64,000 nt of DNA, taken from NCBI GenBank assembly GCA_051530055.1, contig CM121342.1, forward strand, positions 8,341,412 to 8,405,411, written 5' to 3'. This stretch comes from Neoechinorhynchus agilis. Its lineage: Eukaryota > Animalia > Acanthocephala. A program made the position numbers and the translations under genes. Positions 1 to 11,931 of this stretch are shown in pieces. The notes below the pieces were generated by a model. It did not search any database and was not told the origin of the DNA. It worked only from the letters and a program-made list of their open reading frames with translations. Within the stretch, counting starts at the first letter, position 1. Each line of letters opens with the position of its first letter.

Positions 1-3000
1 TTCAAACTTCATTGATCTCCTTTTTAACCAGAAATCTGTTAAAATCATTGAAGGTGCATCGGAGAAAATATTTAAAAAAATAGATGATTTTCCGATTATA
101 AAACTTAATAGAACAATTTTTTGTTGATTTGCACTCCTTATTTTTTAAAGTGTTGAATATCATTCGAATGCTTAGATTTTTCAAACTTCATTGATCTCCT
201 TTTTAACCAGAAATCTGTTAAAATCATTGAAGGCGCATCGGAAAATATTTAAAAAAATAGATGATTTCCGATTATAAAACTTAATGAACAATTTTTTGTT
301 GATTTGCACTCTTATTTTTTAAAGTGTTGAATATCATTCGAATGCTTAGATTTTTCAAACTTCATTGATCTCCTTTTTAACCAGAAATCTGTTAAAATCA
401 TTGAAGGGCTCGGAGAAAATATTTAAAAAAATAGATGATTTTCCGATTATAAAACTTAATAGAACAATTTTTTGTTGATTTGCACTCCTTATTTTTTAAA
501 GTGTGGAATATCATTCGAATGCTTAGATTTTTCAAACTTCATTGATCTCCTTTTTAACAAAATCTGTTAAGATCATTGAAGGCGCATCGGAGAAAATATT
601 TAAAATTAGATGATTTTCCGATTATAAAACTTAATAGAACAATTTTTTGTTGATTTCACTCCTTATTTTTTAAAGTGTTGAATATCATTCGAATGCTTAG
701 ATTTTTCAAACTTCATTGATCTCCTTTTTAACCAGAAATCTGTTAAGATCATTGAAGGCGCATCGGAGAAAATATTTAAAAAAATAGATGATTTTCCGAT
801 TATAAAACTTAATAGAACAATTTTTTGTTGATTTGCACTCCTTATTTTTTAAAGTGTTGAATATCATTCGAATGCTTAGATTTTTCAAACTTCATTGATC
901 TCCTTTTTAACCAGAAATCTGTTAAGATCATTGAAGGCGCATCGGAGAAAATATTTAAAAAAATAGATGATTTTCCGATTATAAAACTTAATAGAACAAT
1001 TTTTTGTTGATTTGCACTCCTTATTTTTTAAAGTGTTGAATATCATTCGAATGCTTAGATTTTTCAAACTTCATTGATCTCCTTTTTAACCAGAAATCTG
1101 TTAAGATCATTGAAGGCGCATCGGAGAAAATATTTAAAAAATTAGATGATTTTCCGATTATAAAACTTAATAGAACAATTTTTTGTTGATTTGCACTCCT
1201 TATTTTTTAAAGTGTGGAATATCATTCGAATGCTTAGATTTTTCAAACTTCATTGATCTCCTTTTTAACCAGAAATCTGTTAAGATCATTGAAGGCGCAT
1301 CGGAGAAAATATTTAAAAAATTAGATGATTTTCCGATTATAAAACTTAATAGAACAATTTTTTGTTGATTTGCACTCCTTATTTTTTAAAGTGTGGAATA
1401 TCATTCGAATGCTTAGATTTTTCAAACTTCATTGATCTCCTTTTTAACCAGAAATCTGTTAAGATCATTGAAGGCGCATCGGAGAAAATATTTAAAAAAA
1501 TAGATGATTTTCCGATTATAAAACTTAATAGAACAATTTTTTGTTGATTTGCACTCCTTATTTTTTAAAGTGTGGAATATCATTCGAATGCTTAGATTTT
1601 TCAAACTTCATTGATCTCCTTTTTAACCAGAAATCTGTTAAGATCATTGAAGGCGCATCGGAGAAAATATTTAAAAATTAGATGATTTTCCGATTATAAA
1701 ACTTAATAGAACTTTTTTGTTGATTTGCACTCCTTATTTTTTAAAGTGTGGAATATCATTCGAATGCTTAGATTTTTCAAACTTCATTGATCTCCTTTTT
1801 AACCAGAAATCTGTTAAGATCATTGGCATCGGAGAAATATTTAAAAAATTAGATGATTTTCCGATTATAAAACTTAATAGAACAATTTTTTGTTGATTTG
1901 CACTCCTTATTTTTTAAAGTGTTGAATATCATTCGAATGCTTAGATTTTTCAAACTTCATTGATCTCCTTTTTAACCAGAAATCTGTTAAGATCATTGAA
2001 GGCGCATCGGAGAAAATATTTAAAAAATTAGATGATTTTCCGATTATAAAACTTAATAGAACAATTTTTTGTTGATTTGCACTCCTTATTTTTTAAAGTG
2101 TTGAATATCATTCGAATGCTTAGATTTTTCAAACTTCATTGATCTCCTTTTTAACCAGAAATCTGTTAAGATCATTGAAGGCGCATCGGAGAAAATATTT
2201 AAAAAATTAGATGATTTTCCGATTATAAAACTTAATAGAACAATTTTTTGTTGATTTGCACTCCTTATTTTTTAAAGTGTGGAATATCATTCGAATGCTT
2301 AGATTTTTCAAACTTCATTGATCTCCTTTTTAACCAGAAATCTGTTAAGATCATTGAAGGCGCATCGGAGAAAATATTTAAAAAATTAGATGATTTTCCG
2401 ATTATAAAACTTAATAGAACAATTTTTTGTTGATTTGCACTCCTTATTTTTTAAAGTGTTGAATATCATTCGAATGCTTAGATTTTTCAAACTTCATTGA
2501 TCTCCTTTTTAACCAGAAATCTGTTAAGATCATTGAAGGCGCATCGGAGAAAATATTTAAAAAATTAGATGATTTTCCGATTATAAAACTTAATAGAACA
2601 ATTTTTTGTTGATTTGCACTCCTTATTTTTTAAAGTGTTGAATATCATTCGAATGCTTAGATTTTTCAAACTTCATTGATCTCCTTTTTAACCAGAAATC
2701 TGTTAAGATCATTGAAGGCGCATCGGAGAAAATATTTAAAAAATTAGATGATTTTCCGATTATAAAACTTAATAGAACAATTTTTTGTTGATTTGCACTC
2801 CTTATTTTTTAAAGTGTTGAATATCATTCGAATGCTTAGATTTTTCAAACTTCATTGATCTCCTTTTTAACCAGAAATCTGTTAAGATCATTGAAGGCGC
2901 ATCGGAGAAAATATTTAAAAAATTAGATGATTTTCCGATTATAAAACTTAATAGAACAATTTTTTGTTGATTTGCACTCCTTATTTTTAAAGTGTTGAAT

Positions 3001-3358
3001 ATCATTCGAATGCTTAGATTTTTCAAACTTCATTGATCTCCTTTTTAACCAGAAATCTGTTAAGATCATTGAAGGCGCATCGGAGAAATATTTAAAAAAT
3101 TAGATGATTTTCCGATTATAAAACTTAATAGAACAATTTTTTGTTGATTTGCACTCCTTATTTTTTAAAGTGTGGAATATCATTCGAATGCTTAGATTTT
3201 TCAAACTTCATTGATCTCCTTTTTAACCAGAAATCTGTTAAGATCATTGAAGGCGCATCGGAGAAAATATTTAAAAAATTAGATGATTTTCCGATTATAA
3301 AACTTAATAGAACAATTTTTGTTGATTTGCACTCCTTATTTTTTAAAGTGTTGAATAT
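1..3358. repeat. 179-bp tandem satellite, about 19 copies, truncated by window start
   Basis: Unit TTCAAACTTCATTGATCTCC...GCTTAGATTT recurs with a 179-bp period (identical ORFs at 706 and 885). Copies differ by few substitutions and homopolymer indels. Confidence 0.98.
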
Positions 3359-3408
3359 CCTTCCAATATTCATGCTTCACAAATCGCTTTATAATTCAAT
3401 TAATCCGG

Positions 3409-4741
3409 ATGTTATTGCTCTATTTTGTTTACTTAAAAGGGGTTTCTCCGGTTTCTTGGATCTTTTGTTCGTTCCAGACATCGCATGTTTTGTTAAGGAT
3501 GGAGTCCACGACTGGATCTCTTGGCGGATCAAAGCTGCCTTCGCCAAAAACCGAACCGGAACTCTCGATTAATGAAAGAATAACGAAGATCGATAATAAG
3601 ATTGTGAAGGCAACGTGTCTCATTCGAGACTTAAAGAAGAGAGCTGAAGAAGACATTAATTTGTACTTTACATTGTCAAGTGATGCTGATCGTGAGCAGA
3701 AGGATAAATTAAAGAATTGGGTTTGCACTAGACGTCAATCGATCGATAATGATGTTTCTGAATTAGAGGAGAAAATAGGCGTGTATTTAAAAGAAAAAAA
3801 CAATTTGATTCAACAAGCAAATGATGAGCGCAATAATATACAGGAAGCCAAGAAGTTGATAAATAATAATAAGAGTGCTCCTCTTCCTGCTTCTGAGAGT
3901 ACACAAAAGAGCCACGGAGAATCCAAATTCTCTTCAGAGAGTCTCTCCATATTTCATACAACCAATCGGTTTCAGAATCAAACATCAATCAGTCGATGCA
4001 ATAAAAATGCGCTAATTGAGGATTCTGACAGGATTTCCGAGAAATCCGAGCCATTAAAAGCAAACCCTCGAATAAAACAGAAGAGACGGCGAGCCTCAAG
4101 TAGAGAACAAAGTAATTGTAGAGGATTATGCTGTCAAAACAAGCAAATCTCAAATCTTGAAGCATCCACTGAGCCTACTTTATGTGATTTGTCAGCAAAT
4201 ATGATTGCTGTGAAACTAAAACTAGATCGACTTAATCAAGACGTCGCAGATATGATCGATCTCAATCAAATGGCAGTGAGCAATCTGATGGCAGAGATTA
4301 AACGAATAAGATACGATGAGTGATGCGCATTGGGGTTTCGTCATTCATCGTTCTTTAGACGATAAGTTTTCTTACAGTCTCTGCGAGGTTCAACGAGCTA
4401 ATGATGAAAGACTGTCGTCTATAAACGACAAAGCCGCTCGAATTGAGCGGAAATTAATGGGTACAAATCGAAACAGTCGGATTCTTTGGCTTGATGATTC
4501 GGCTAATTACGGTTTAGCCGCCATTGGCACTCTTTTAGCTAATCTTATCTTCTCAATATTTGCGTTGATCATGAGTCTTGTCAGTTATGTTATCAGGATC
4601 GTTGGTCCATTCCAGCACCGTCGGACCACTTTCCGATCCTCTTTAAGCCTATTTTGCCTGGCACTGTTTATTGCATGGAGGTTGTACAGACGGTTTATGC
4701 CGTCCATTTGGAAGCATCTAGCCGACTTAATCCAGTCTTAA
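3409..4741 (+). CDS. TMCC: TMCC/TEX28-family coiled-coil transmembrane protein; two exons seen, true start uncertain
   Basis: ORFs 3409-4323 and 4316-4741 join to give LDRLNQDVADMIDLNQ..NLMAEI / DKFSYSLCEVQR..ERL, then two hydrophobic helices and PFQHRRTTF..FIAWRLY. This matches the TMCC C-terminal architecture (RLEEQLNDLTELHQ..KIAYQSYERAR..PLMKTR..FLWKHW). Confidence 0.7.
4309..4360 (+). other. Non-canonical stem-ended intron in TMCC (AG...AC; alternative GA...AC 4315-4360)
   Basis: A frame change is required here. ACGATGAGTG (4313-4322) pairs with CATTCATCGT (4342-4351) over 10 bp with one G-U. Confidence 0.6.
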
Positions 4742-5006
4742 CAATTCGTCGAACAAAAAAGCGTGCTCATTTAGTTATATGGGGTGCTGGGATCTTTAAG
4801 AATATCTCCTATTTCCTTTTTTTAGACAGTAAAACATGCATCATAATACGGACAAAATCTTGCCGGTATGTATTAATCGGGGTTTGACATTTATTACTTT
4901 ACGTCTTCCAATTTCATCGCATTTTTAAACATTCAAATATTTCCCAAAAATTAACATGTAATAAAATAATGTCACATTGTCCAAATTTTGACGGACAAAT
5001 CCCACG

Positions 5007-5470
5007 GGGTAACGGTCGAAAGGACGCAGCGTAGGAATGTTCCTGATCTCGAATCGCCAGTAATTCGTCTCGATCTCTTAGACAATTGATTTTCGAGGTC
5101 CTGCGCTGCGATACAAAACGACCCGAGTGTCTCTCTACGCCAAAGGGAACAAAATAATGATTTCGACCCAGGTCCCGGTATTTTGTCTTTTTGCTTTCCT
5201 CAGCGGCTGTTGCTGCTTCCCCTCCGGTTTGTGGCGAATTTTATATTGCTGGTTGCGAACGTGGCGTAACACAGAAGGTATTTGCCTCCAATCGCCACGA
5301 GAATACTATGACACCGTCCGGTCTACGGTGGCCATCGAGTCAGTAAAGATTGCTTGGCTCTAAGATGTTTGGCCCATTCACATTATTCAGGGCACGACTA
5401 AGAATTGCGTTCACTTCGGCGTGTCATGAGCACCTTCCGCCTGATTGCCGACAGAAGAGACCATGGCGTC
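5007..5470 (-). mobile_element. CRE-clade non-LTR retrotransposon C-terminal (RLE) fragment
   Basis: Minus strand reads HGLFCRQSGGR..HAEVNAIL..EPSNL..DGHRRPDG and AATAAEESKKTKY..YFVPFGVE, with stops and frameshifts. Confidence 0.8.
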
Positions 5471-5793
5471 CCGAATTTTTAAATAAAATTTTTTTAGTAA
5501 TATGTTTAACTTCGTTGAAAACTGGCTTACATTCTCTTTAAATTTCTCCGAACGCAGTGTTAATTTTGTTAATTATTGTAGAAAGCGAATTCGGGACTGC
5601 ATAGTTCCGTTTAATTTTTTTATCACTTTTCTTCATGTTCGCCCTTTTTTGTCTTAACTCAAAGAATTCAGTTGCTTTGATAAACCCGAGATTCAGTCTA
5701 AAATATTTGCCTCATAATGCTACATTTTGATGAGTAAATTTCTTTTAATTCACATAATAGTCTTAGAATTGATCCACTAGTGTTTTTAGCCAT

Positions 5794-6523
5794 TTGTCCT
5801 TTAAATCGAAATTTTTGAAAAGTTACATCCAGATTCCTGGTGATCATCGACGCAAATGGAACGTAAACGACTACGCACCCGTGAACCGAGATGAAGAGCC
5901 CATGAAATCGGTTGAACGTGAACTATTACGAGCAAGGGAATATAAAGTCGATCTTGAGTCCCAAGTTGGTAAATCGATATTGATAAATAAAAGTTCTCCC
6001 ATGACTTGCGAGACCGGAGGGTAAGACATGCACAAATTTTCAGCAGGTAAATTTTGTATTAGATTCTATTGCAATGTCTGTGATTGTGTAGTAAAAGACT
6101 CAATAAACTTTCTCGATCACATTAATGGTCGGAAACGTGGGTTTTTATCCTTTAAAATTGACGGATATCTCGCATGTTTCTTTAGATCAACGTAATATGG
6201 GAATGTCCATGAAAGTCCAGCGCAGTACGGTTGAAGATGTTAAGAAAAGATTCGAGCTTCATAAGAGGAAATCGGAGGCGGTTAAGCGTGAGTATCAGTT
6301 AAAAGAAAGATTGGAAGAAATCGAGGAAGAGGTAGGCAGCTCTTTTAGTCTTTTTAATTACTCTTTGGAAAAGGAAATTAGAATAAGGGAAGAACGAGCT
6401 GAAAGGAAACGTGCTAAGCGTTTGAACACGGGAAATGATATTGAATTGAGTGTACAAGACCTTGATCCAGGACTCGAGGAATTGATGGGAATCAAAGGTT
6501 TTGGATCTTCAAAGAAAAAGTAG
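5794..6523 (+). CDS. ZMAT2: ZMAT2/Snu23 zinc-finger spliceosomal protein; canonical GT-AG introns 6021-6062, 6137-6185, 6332-6373; first exon unresolved
   Basis: [23 protein letters not shown]|[24 protein letters not shown]|[19 protein letters not shown] removal restores the frame. Confidence 0.93.
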
Positions 6524-6979
6524 TCTTTCGCGATGTCGTAGTTTCTATTAAATATGTTATTTTGTAGTATTCAGACATCTTTCAATGTAATTTTTAGTTA
6601 ATTCGGTCAGAAATAATTTTAATGTAGGTTATATTTTGTTATTTGCTTTAGGTTTATTTTTTCACTCAATCGTATCGCAAAAGGTGTTTATCCATGAGTT
6701 ATAAAACATGTTCCAGCTTTCGATACAAACTTACGCACCATCTCAAAGCTTCATGGAACAGTAAAAAATATTAGTTGCAGACTTTGAAAATTATACATCG
6801 CAGATTTATTGCTACCATTTTTATTTTTGCGATTTTTTAAATCCGCTATTGTAAAAATTCTGAATGTCATCCTTTTGACAATATATAAGTGAATTATCGT
6901 TTTTAATTTTTCCAATGAGCTTTCAATGATGAACGCTTTGCTTTAAATAGATACCGTACGGATCTTTTCGGGGGGATTT

Positions 6980-7065
6980 GATTAGAACCGATGAACCCGA
7001 CGAGATTCGAAACGTCTTTAATAAATATTCATTTACCGGGTGTAGACCTAAACAATAATTCCACT
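6980..7065 (+). repeat. Dispersed PLE pLTR-like repeat with degenerate hammerhead
   Basis: CCCGACGAG(A/G)TTCGAAACGTCTTTAATAAATA..CCGGG.GTAGAC.TAAA is shared with about 30230-30300 and 44190-44235. Confidence 0.6.
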
Positions 7066-7256
7066 TTCAATCTTCCCATGACCTTTCAAAGTCGTCTGCA
7101 AACATATAATATGAAGACATGTTTATTGGCTTTCAACGAAACCCTTTTTTCAAATTTATTTTACATTGAAAAAGTCAAATCTCAAACATTTTGTCCAATA
7201 GTTTTGCCATGTTCAAATCTTAAATTATTTCAGTTTTGTCAATACTTAAATAACTT

Positions 7257-7910
7257 ATGTTAATCCCCTACTTGTGGCGCATCCGCTGGCTCACCAAAGG
7301 CGTACCTCAAGGGGCTGTGCTGTCACCACTTCTCTTTAATATTTTCTTAAAAGACCTCAAACCTCTCTCCTCTCACTCTAAACTTTTCTTATATGCCGAC
7401 GATCTCACCCTCATCTCTCAATCAACCTCTCTCTCCATAACCTCTAACGAAATCACACACATGAAAGATTTCTACAATAATTACAACCTCCAGTTGAATT
7501 TCTCTAAACGCTTCGAAATGATCTCCTCGATCTCCCGCAACCCCATTTCCTGCACCGATCTTCCAAATTGCATCTGATGAATCACCTCCCTCAGAATTGT
7601 GGATCTCCAATTTCAATCAAACTTGAAATGCGAATCTCACATTTTACTATCACTCAAATGCATTACCTTTTAAACCTACCTCTTCAAACGCCTCCGACAT
7701 TTAGGAATCCATTCACCCGATCTCTCCAAATTATACTTCAGCCTCATTTTACCTTTCCTCACATACGGTTATCCTGTCTTTTGCAACCTTTCCCACGTTT
7801 CATAAAAGAGCATCTAAAATTTGCACATGCCTTGATACTATTTTCATAAAACAATCAAGACACCTCCCAATTCTACCAGCACAATTTTTAACACATTTTA
7901 CTCCCTTTTC
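7257..7910 (+). mobile_element. Degenerate CR1/L2-like LINE reverse transcriptase fragment
   Basis: GVPQGAVLSPLLFNIF and LFLYADDLTL motifs, followed by frameshifts. Confidence 0.85.
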
Positions 7911-7999
7911 ACATGAGTACAACACTCGTAATCCCAATTCATTTCATCATCCATCAACATCGCACCTCACTATACTTACGCTCCTTTTTTCACGCTGCC

Positions 8000-9660
8000 C
8001 AATCTTCTCGGATATCAGAACTTGAAATGAACCTGAACGTGTCGCTTCGAAGCTTGCGGGAGGAGATGCTCAGGGGGTTGTTCGGTTATTGTCATCCTCC
8101 GACAGTTTTGCACAAGGAGACAACGAGACACTACAAATACTCCGGTCGAAGCACCCATGTAGTAGCGGAAGTTTTGAAATTCCGCCTCCTCCCATACAAG
8201 ACAGGACATCCACTCAAATTTCAGAGTTACAAAAGGCCATCTCATCTTTTGCAAATGGTTCGGGTCACGGGCTTGACGGACTAAGGCCTTAACACCTAAA
8301 GGACATGATGTCCTCTTCAACTGGTGAAGCAGCTCTCTCTAGGAAGTGCGCTTTCTCGAATAGTCGACCGCCTGACTGGAGAGGACCTGAACCCCATTGC
8401 AAAGGACCAACTTTTCGGAGCCTCATTGTGTGCGCTCACAAAAAAAGAAGGTGGTATCCGTCCCATCGCCGTATCTTCGACGATACGCCGACTCGCAGGA
8501 AAAATTCTCTGCAAACGTATCACGGAGAAAACCGGGCAGCAATTTCGCCCAGTCCAACTGGGATGCTGTACATCCTGCGGAGCAGAAGCTATTGTCCACA
8601 TGCTCCGAAACTTTACTACGATTAGTTAAGAGACGTGCGTGATTCTTAAGTGTGATTTTCGGAACGCCTTTAACTCTCTCAATAGAGAAAGCATGTTCTG
8701 CGCAATTAGGGATCAAACACCAGACGCCTTCCAGTATTTTCTCAATGTCTACGGGACCGCGACTCATTCGCTTTTCGAAGACCATCTCGTTTGGTCCGAA
8801 AGAGGAGTGCAGCGAGGAGATCTACTCGGTCCAATCGCATTGTCCTTAACAGTAAATCCAATAGCGCACTCTCTCCATTCCAGCTTCAACACTTGCTACT
8901 TGGATGACGCTACGCTCGGAGGTGATCCCTCCGTTGTATTACGCGATTTGGAGACGCTGATTAGGGAGACCTCGAAGATGGACATTGAGCTTAATGCTGG
9001 AAAATGTGAGCTCCTTGTACTGAATATTGGAGACACCGCAAAAGTCAAGGAGCAAATGGATGAGTTCGAAGCCGTAGCTCCAGGTCTGAAACTCGTGACT
9101 CCAGAGCAACTCAGCCTCCTGGGTAGTTGCGTCTTTGATTCAAATGTCGAAACTGAGATCGGCCGTATCATACCGAAACTTTCGTTGCTGTATGATAGGG
9201 TGAGCGCTCTTTCGGCTCATTAAGCCTTGTTTCTCATAAAGAACGCGCTCTTCATCCCCAAATTATTGTACAAGGTTCGCACAGCAACATTCTTCAAATA
9301 TAAGGAAGGAATAGCTAAGCTCGACGACAAGGCGAGGGCTTGTCTCGAGCGTATTTTAAATGCCCAGCTCACAGATGGGGCGATGCGACAAGCTTCATTG
9401 CCTGTGTCATCTGGGTGATTGTGCATTCGGGCGCTAGTAGACTTTGCCTTGCCTACCTTTCCTGGATCGTATGAGGGGAGTCAACGAATAGTGAAGAAAA
9501 TTCGGAGGTAAAAGTTCTGTCTTGACCGGGATTTCGTGGTGGCGGTTGAAGAATGGTGTCATCAGCGACAAAATATCTCGCTCGCAGTACAACGAGGCAA
9601 TGCTGCTAGGGTGATAGCGACAGATGAGGAAGAAGAGAAGCTAAGATTTTGCAGACGGTG
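8000..9660 (+). mobile_element. CRE-clade non-LTR retrotransposon, RT region with internally deleted RLE
   Basis: GLDGLRP, KKEGGIRPIAV, QLG..GAEAIVH, DFRNAFNSL, GVQRGDLLGP and YLDDATLGG motifs, then a jump to the terminal QNISLAVQRGNAA. Confidence 0.88.
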
Positions 9661-9699
9661 TTAATACCAAAATTGATAATTAAATTCTTTTAATTTCCA

Positions 9700-9817
9700 C
9701 CCGAACGGATCCGAATTTATTTTTTTGAACAACTCTTAACTCGAGTGCTTATGAGGACCCAAAGGTAAATGGGTCCTACTTTTTGTATTTGTTAAACAAA
9801 AAAGTGTTATTACTATA
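9700..9817 (+). mobile_element. Isolated LINE 3' tail with stem-loop
   Basis: AGGACCCA-aaggtaaa-TGGGTCCT hairpin, then GTGTTATTACTAT; homologous to the tails at about 11490 and 49585. Confidence 0.65.
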
Positions 9818-9913
9818 CTAAGTTTCCAATTTGGGTAAGGAATAATTTCGTAAAACGATATTAATTTACGTTGAGAATTGCATTCGGGTGGTTGGATATG
9901 TTATTGTTTCTAA

Positions 9914-10291
9914 CGCTTGTCGACACCTAAGGGAGATCGTTAAATACAAATATATTTCGACCGCGAAGACCCGCCTCCCTGAGTGTATTTAGACCAACTA
10001 AAGGTAGTTGGAGAGAAACTTTTGCTTTGTTCCCTTTTATATTGTTGGCCATCTCGATATATATCGACTCTTTTATCAGTCGTTGGAATTTTCTCTTATC
10101 CGTGCAGATGTGTATGGTTCGGTGAGCATGATTTAGAATAGTGGAGACGTTCCCGGGTCCCTAATCAAAATGAACAATCATGCGTATGTTGTGACGAATC
10201 CCTCTGTTATTTTAGATTGAATTGACAATGACCGATTCAATCGGTCGAAATATATTTGTATTTAACGATCTCCCTCGGGTGTCGACAAGCG
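9914..10291. mobile_element. Inverted-pLTR-flanked Penelope-like fragment
   Basis: 50-bp inverted arms (9914-9963 and 10242-10291, 48/50 identical). The interior minus strand reads KRKFQRLIKESIYIE, the C-terminal motif of PLE GIY-YIG domains. Confidence 0.7.
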
Positions 10292-10427
10292 ACCTAAACA
10301 AGAATATATGAATTTAGCGCCATAGAGAACTCTTAAATGATAACGAATCGGAGAGTTCAAATATTTTCCTAGTGATGATTTTTATGCCGTCATCGAATGC
10401 ACTTATTCAAAGATGAAAATTTGCGGA

Positions 10428-10500
10428 CGCCCGATGTGGGACTCGAACCCACAGCCTTAGGATTAAAAGTCCTACGCTCTACCGATTGAGCCAACCGGGC
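10428..10500 (-). tRNA. tRNA-Lys (TTT)
   Basis: Minus strand GCCCGGTTGGCTCAATCGGTAGAGCGTAGGACTTTTAATCCTAAGG..GGTTCGAGTCCCACATCGGGCG forms a full cloverleaf; T4 terminator nearby. Confidence 0.95.
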
Positions 10501-11059
10501 TGGTGATTGGATCGTTCAGTATGTGAGTCCATAGTCTCCCTGAAGTACAAACATTAATGTCGCAGAATCTAGACGACCGCTGATAACAATAACACGTAGA
10601 AGAGAGTCTTGATTCTTAAGCTAGTTGGATTTAAAACAATTTTTTGTACCGACTCACTGCTGGGTTTTCAAAAAACGTGATAGATTGCATTTCGGACAAG
10701 CGATGAAGAGCATCACGAAAAGAATCGTCCAAAATAAGTAAGCCTGTCGCCGATTTGAACACTCTCACGCAATATCCAATCACCAAGATACTTTACAGTA
10801 TCGCGCACATTGGGATGGTACACATTTTGTGGAAGAGCAGCAAAACCTTTGAGGCCTAATATATCACTGCGTCCAACACCATGGAAGGTAACAAAACTTT
10901 AGCTTAAAACTAGTGGCTAGGAATGCATTAAAAAATCAGTGCAAAACGCAACACATCTTGTGGGTTTGTGCGGACGTTAGGTCCCCCCCCACCTAGGTAA
11001 TTGCGATCCCACGAATCTGAGCCACTCAATGCAAAACTACTAAGCATTAAGGTCAAAGG

Positions 11060-11130
11060 GCATTGGTAGTTCAGTGGTAGAATTCTCGCCTGCCACGTGG
11101 GGCGCCCATGTTATATTCCCGGCCAATACA
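11060..11130 (+). pseudogene. tRNA-Gly (GCC) pseudogene
   Basis: 5' half is nearly identical to the intact Gly copies. The T-loop/B box is mutated (ATGTTATATTCCC instead of GGGTTCGATTCCC). Confidence 0.8.
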
Positions 11131-11169
11131 GCAACAGATTGAACATCGAAATCCGCTCGCCAAATGTCT

Positions 11170-11546
11170 TTACGCCTCTCAATTCTACCACCATAATTTT
11201 TACCACATTTTATTACCCTATTTAGCACACAACACTCGCGATACCAATTCTTTTTATTCTCGTATACCTCGAGTCTTTTTTTCTAGCTGCTTCTCCACAC
11301 TTCCCAATCTTCTCAAATATCGAGACCCAAAACGAACCTGGCTTGCGAGATTGGCCTCACAAACTCTCTTGCAAACAATAACCATCAATTCCCACCCAAA
11401 CAAACATCCCTCAATACCAGATATTCCCTTCCGATCACACCCGTAATTCACTCCAAAATCAACAACTGCATTCATTTAACAAATTAGAACAAAGGTAAAT
11501 GGTTCCTATTCTTTATGCGTGAGCAAATAAACGTGTTATTATAATA
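11170..11546 (+). mobile_element. 5'-truncated CR1/L2-like LINE 3' end
   Basis: C/T-rich C-terminal coding remnant, AGAAC-aaaggtaaat-GGTTC hairpin remnant and AATAAACGTGTTATTATAAT tail. Confidence 0.7.
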
Positions 11547-11639
11547 ATTCTTTAGAATTAAACTATTCATGTTTGTTTATTGTTACTTCATTTATTGCCA
11601 AGAAAAATAATCAGTCTTGTATTTAGAAACATTCACACC

Positions 11640-11931
11640 ATCGCTCTGGATAACTCAGCTGCCGTCCTGATGTAACGGTCGAAAGGACGGATGCAGCATT
11701 CCCTCGTTGCAGGGGCAGACTTATGTTTTGTAGGAGGAATGTTCCTGATCTCGAATCGCCAGTAATTCGTCTCGATCTCTTAGACAATTGATTTTCGAGG
11801 TCCTGCGCTGCGATACAAAACGACCCGAGTGTCTCTCTACGCCAAAGGGAACAAAATAATGATTTCGACTCAGGTCCCGGTATTTTGTCTTTTTGCTTTC
11901 CTCAGCGGCGGTTGCTGCTTCCCCTCCGGTT
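11640..11931 (-). mobile_element. CRE-clade C-terminal fragment, near-identical to 5007-5230
   Basis: Minus strand reads SGTFLLQNISLPLQRGNAASVLST. The 5007 copy lacks about 40 bp of it. Confidence 0.8.

Noticed and set aside
2-3373. Repeated 60-74 aa ORFs in the 179-bp array
   Set aside because: They are by-products of the satellite unit, broken in many copies, with no recognisable domain.
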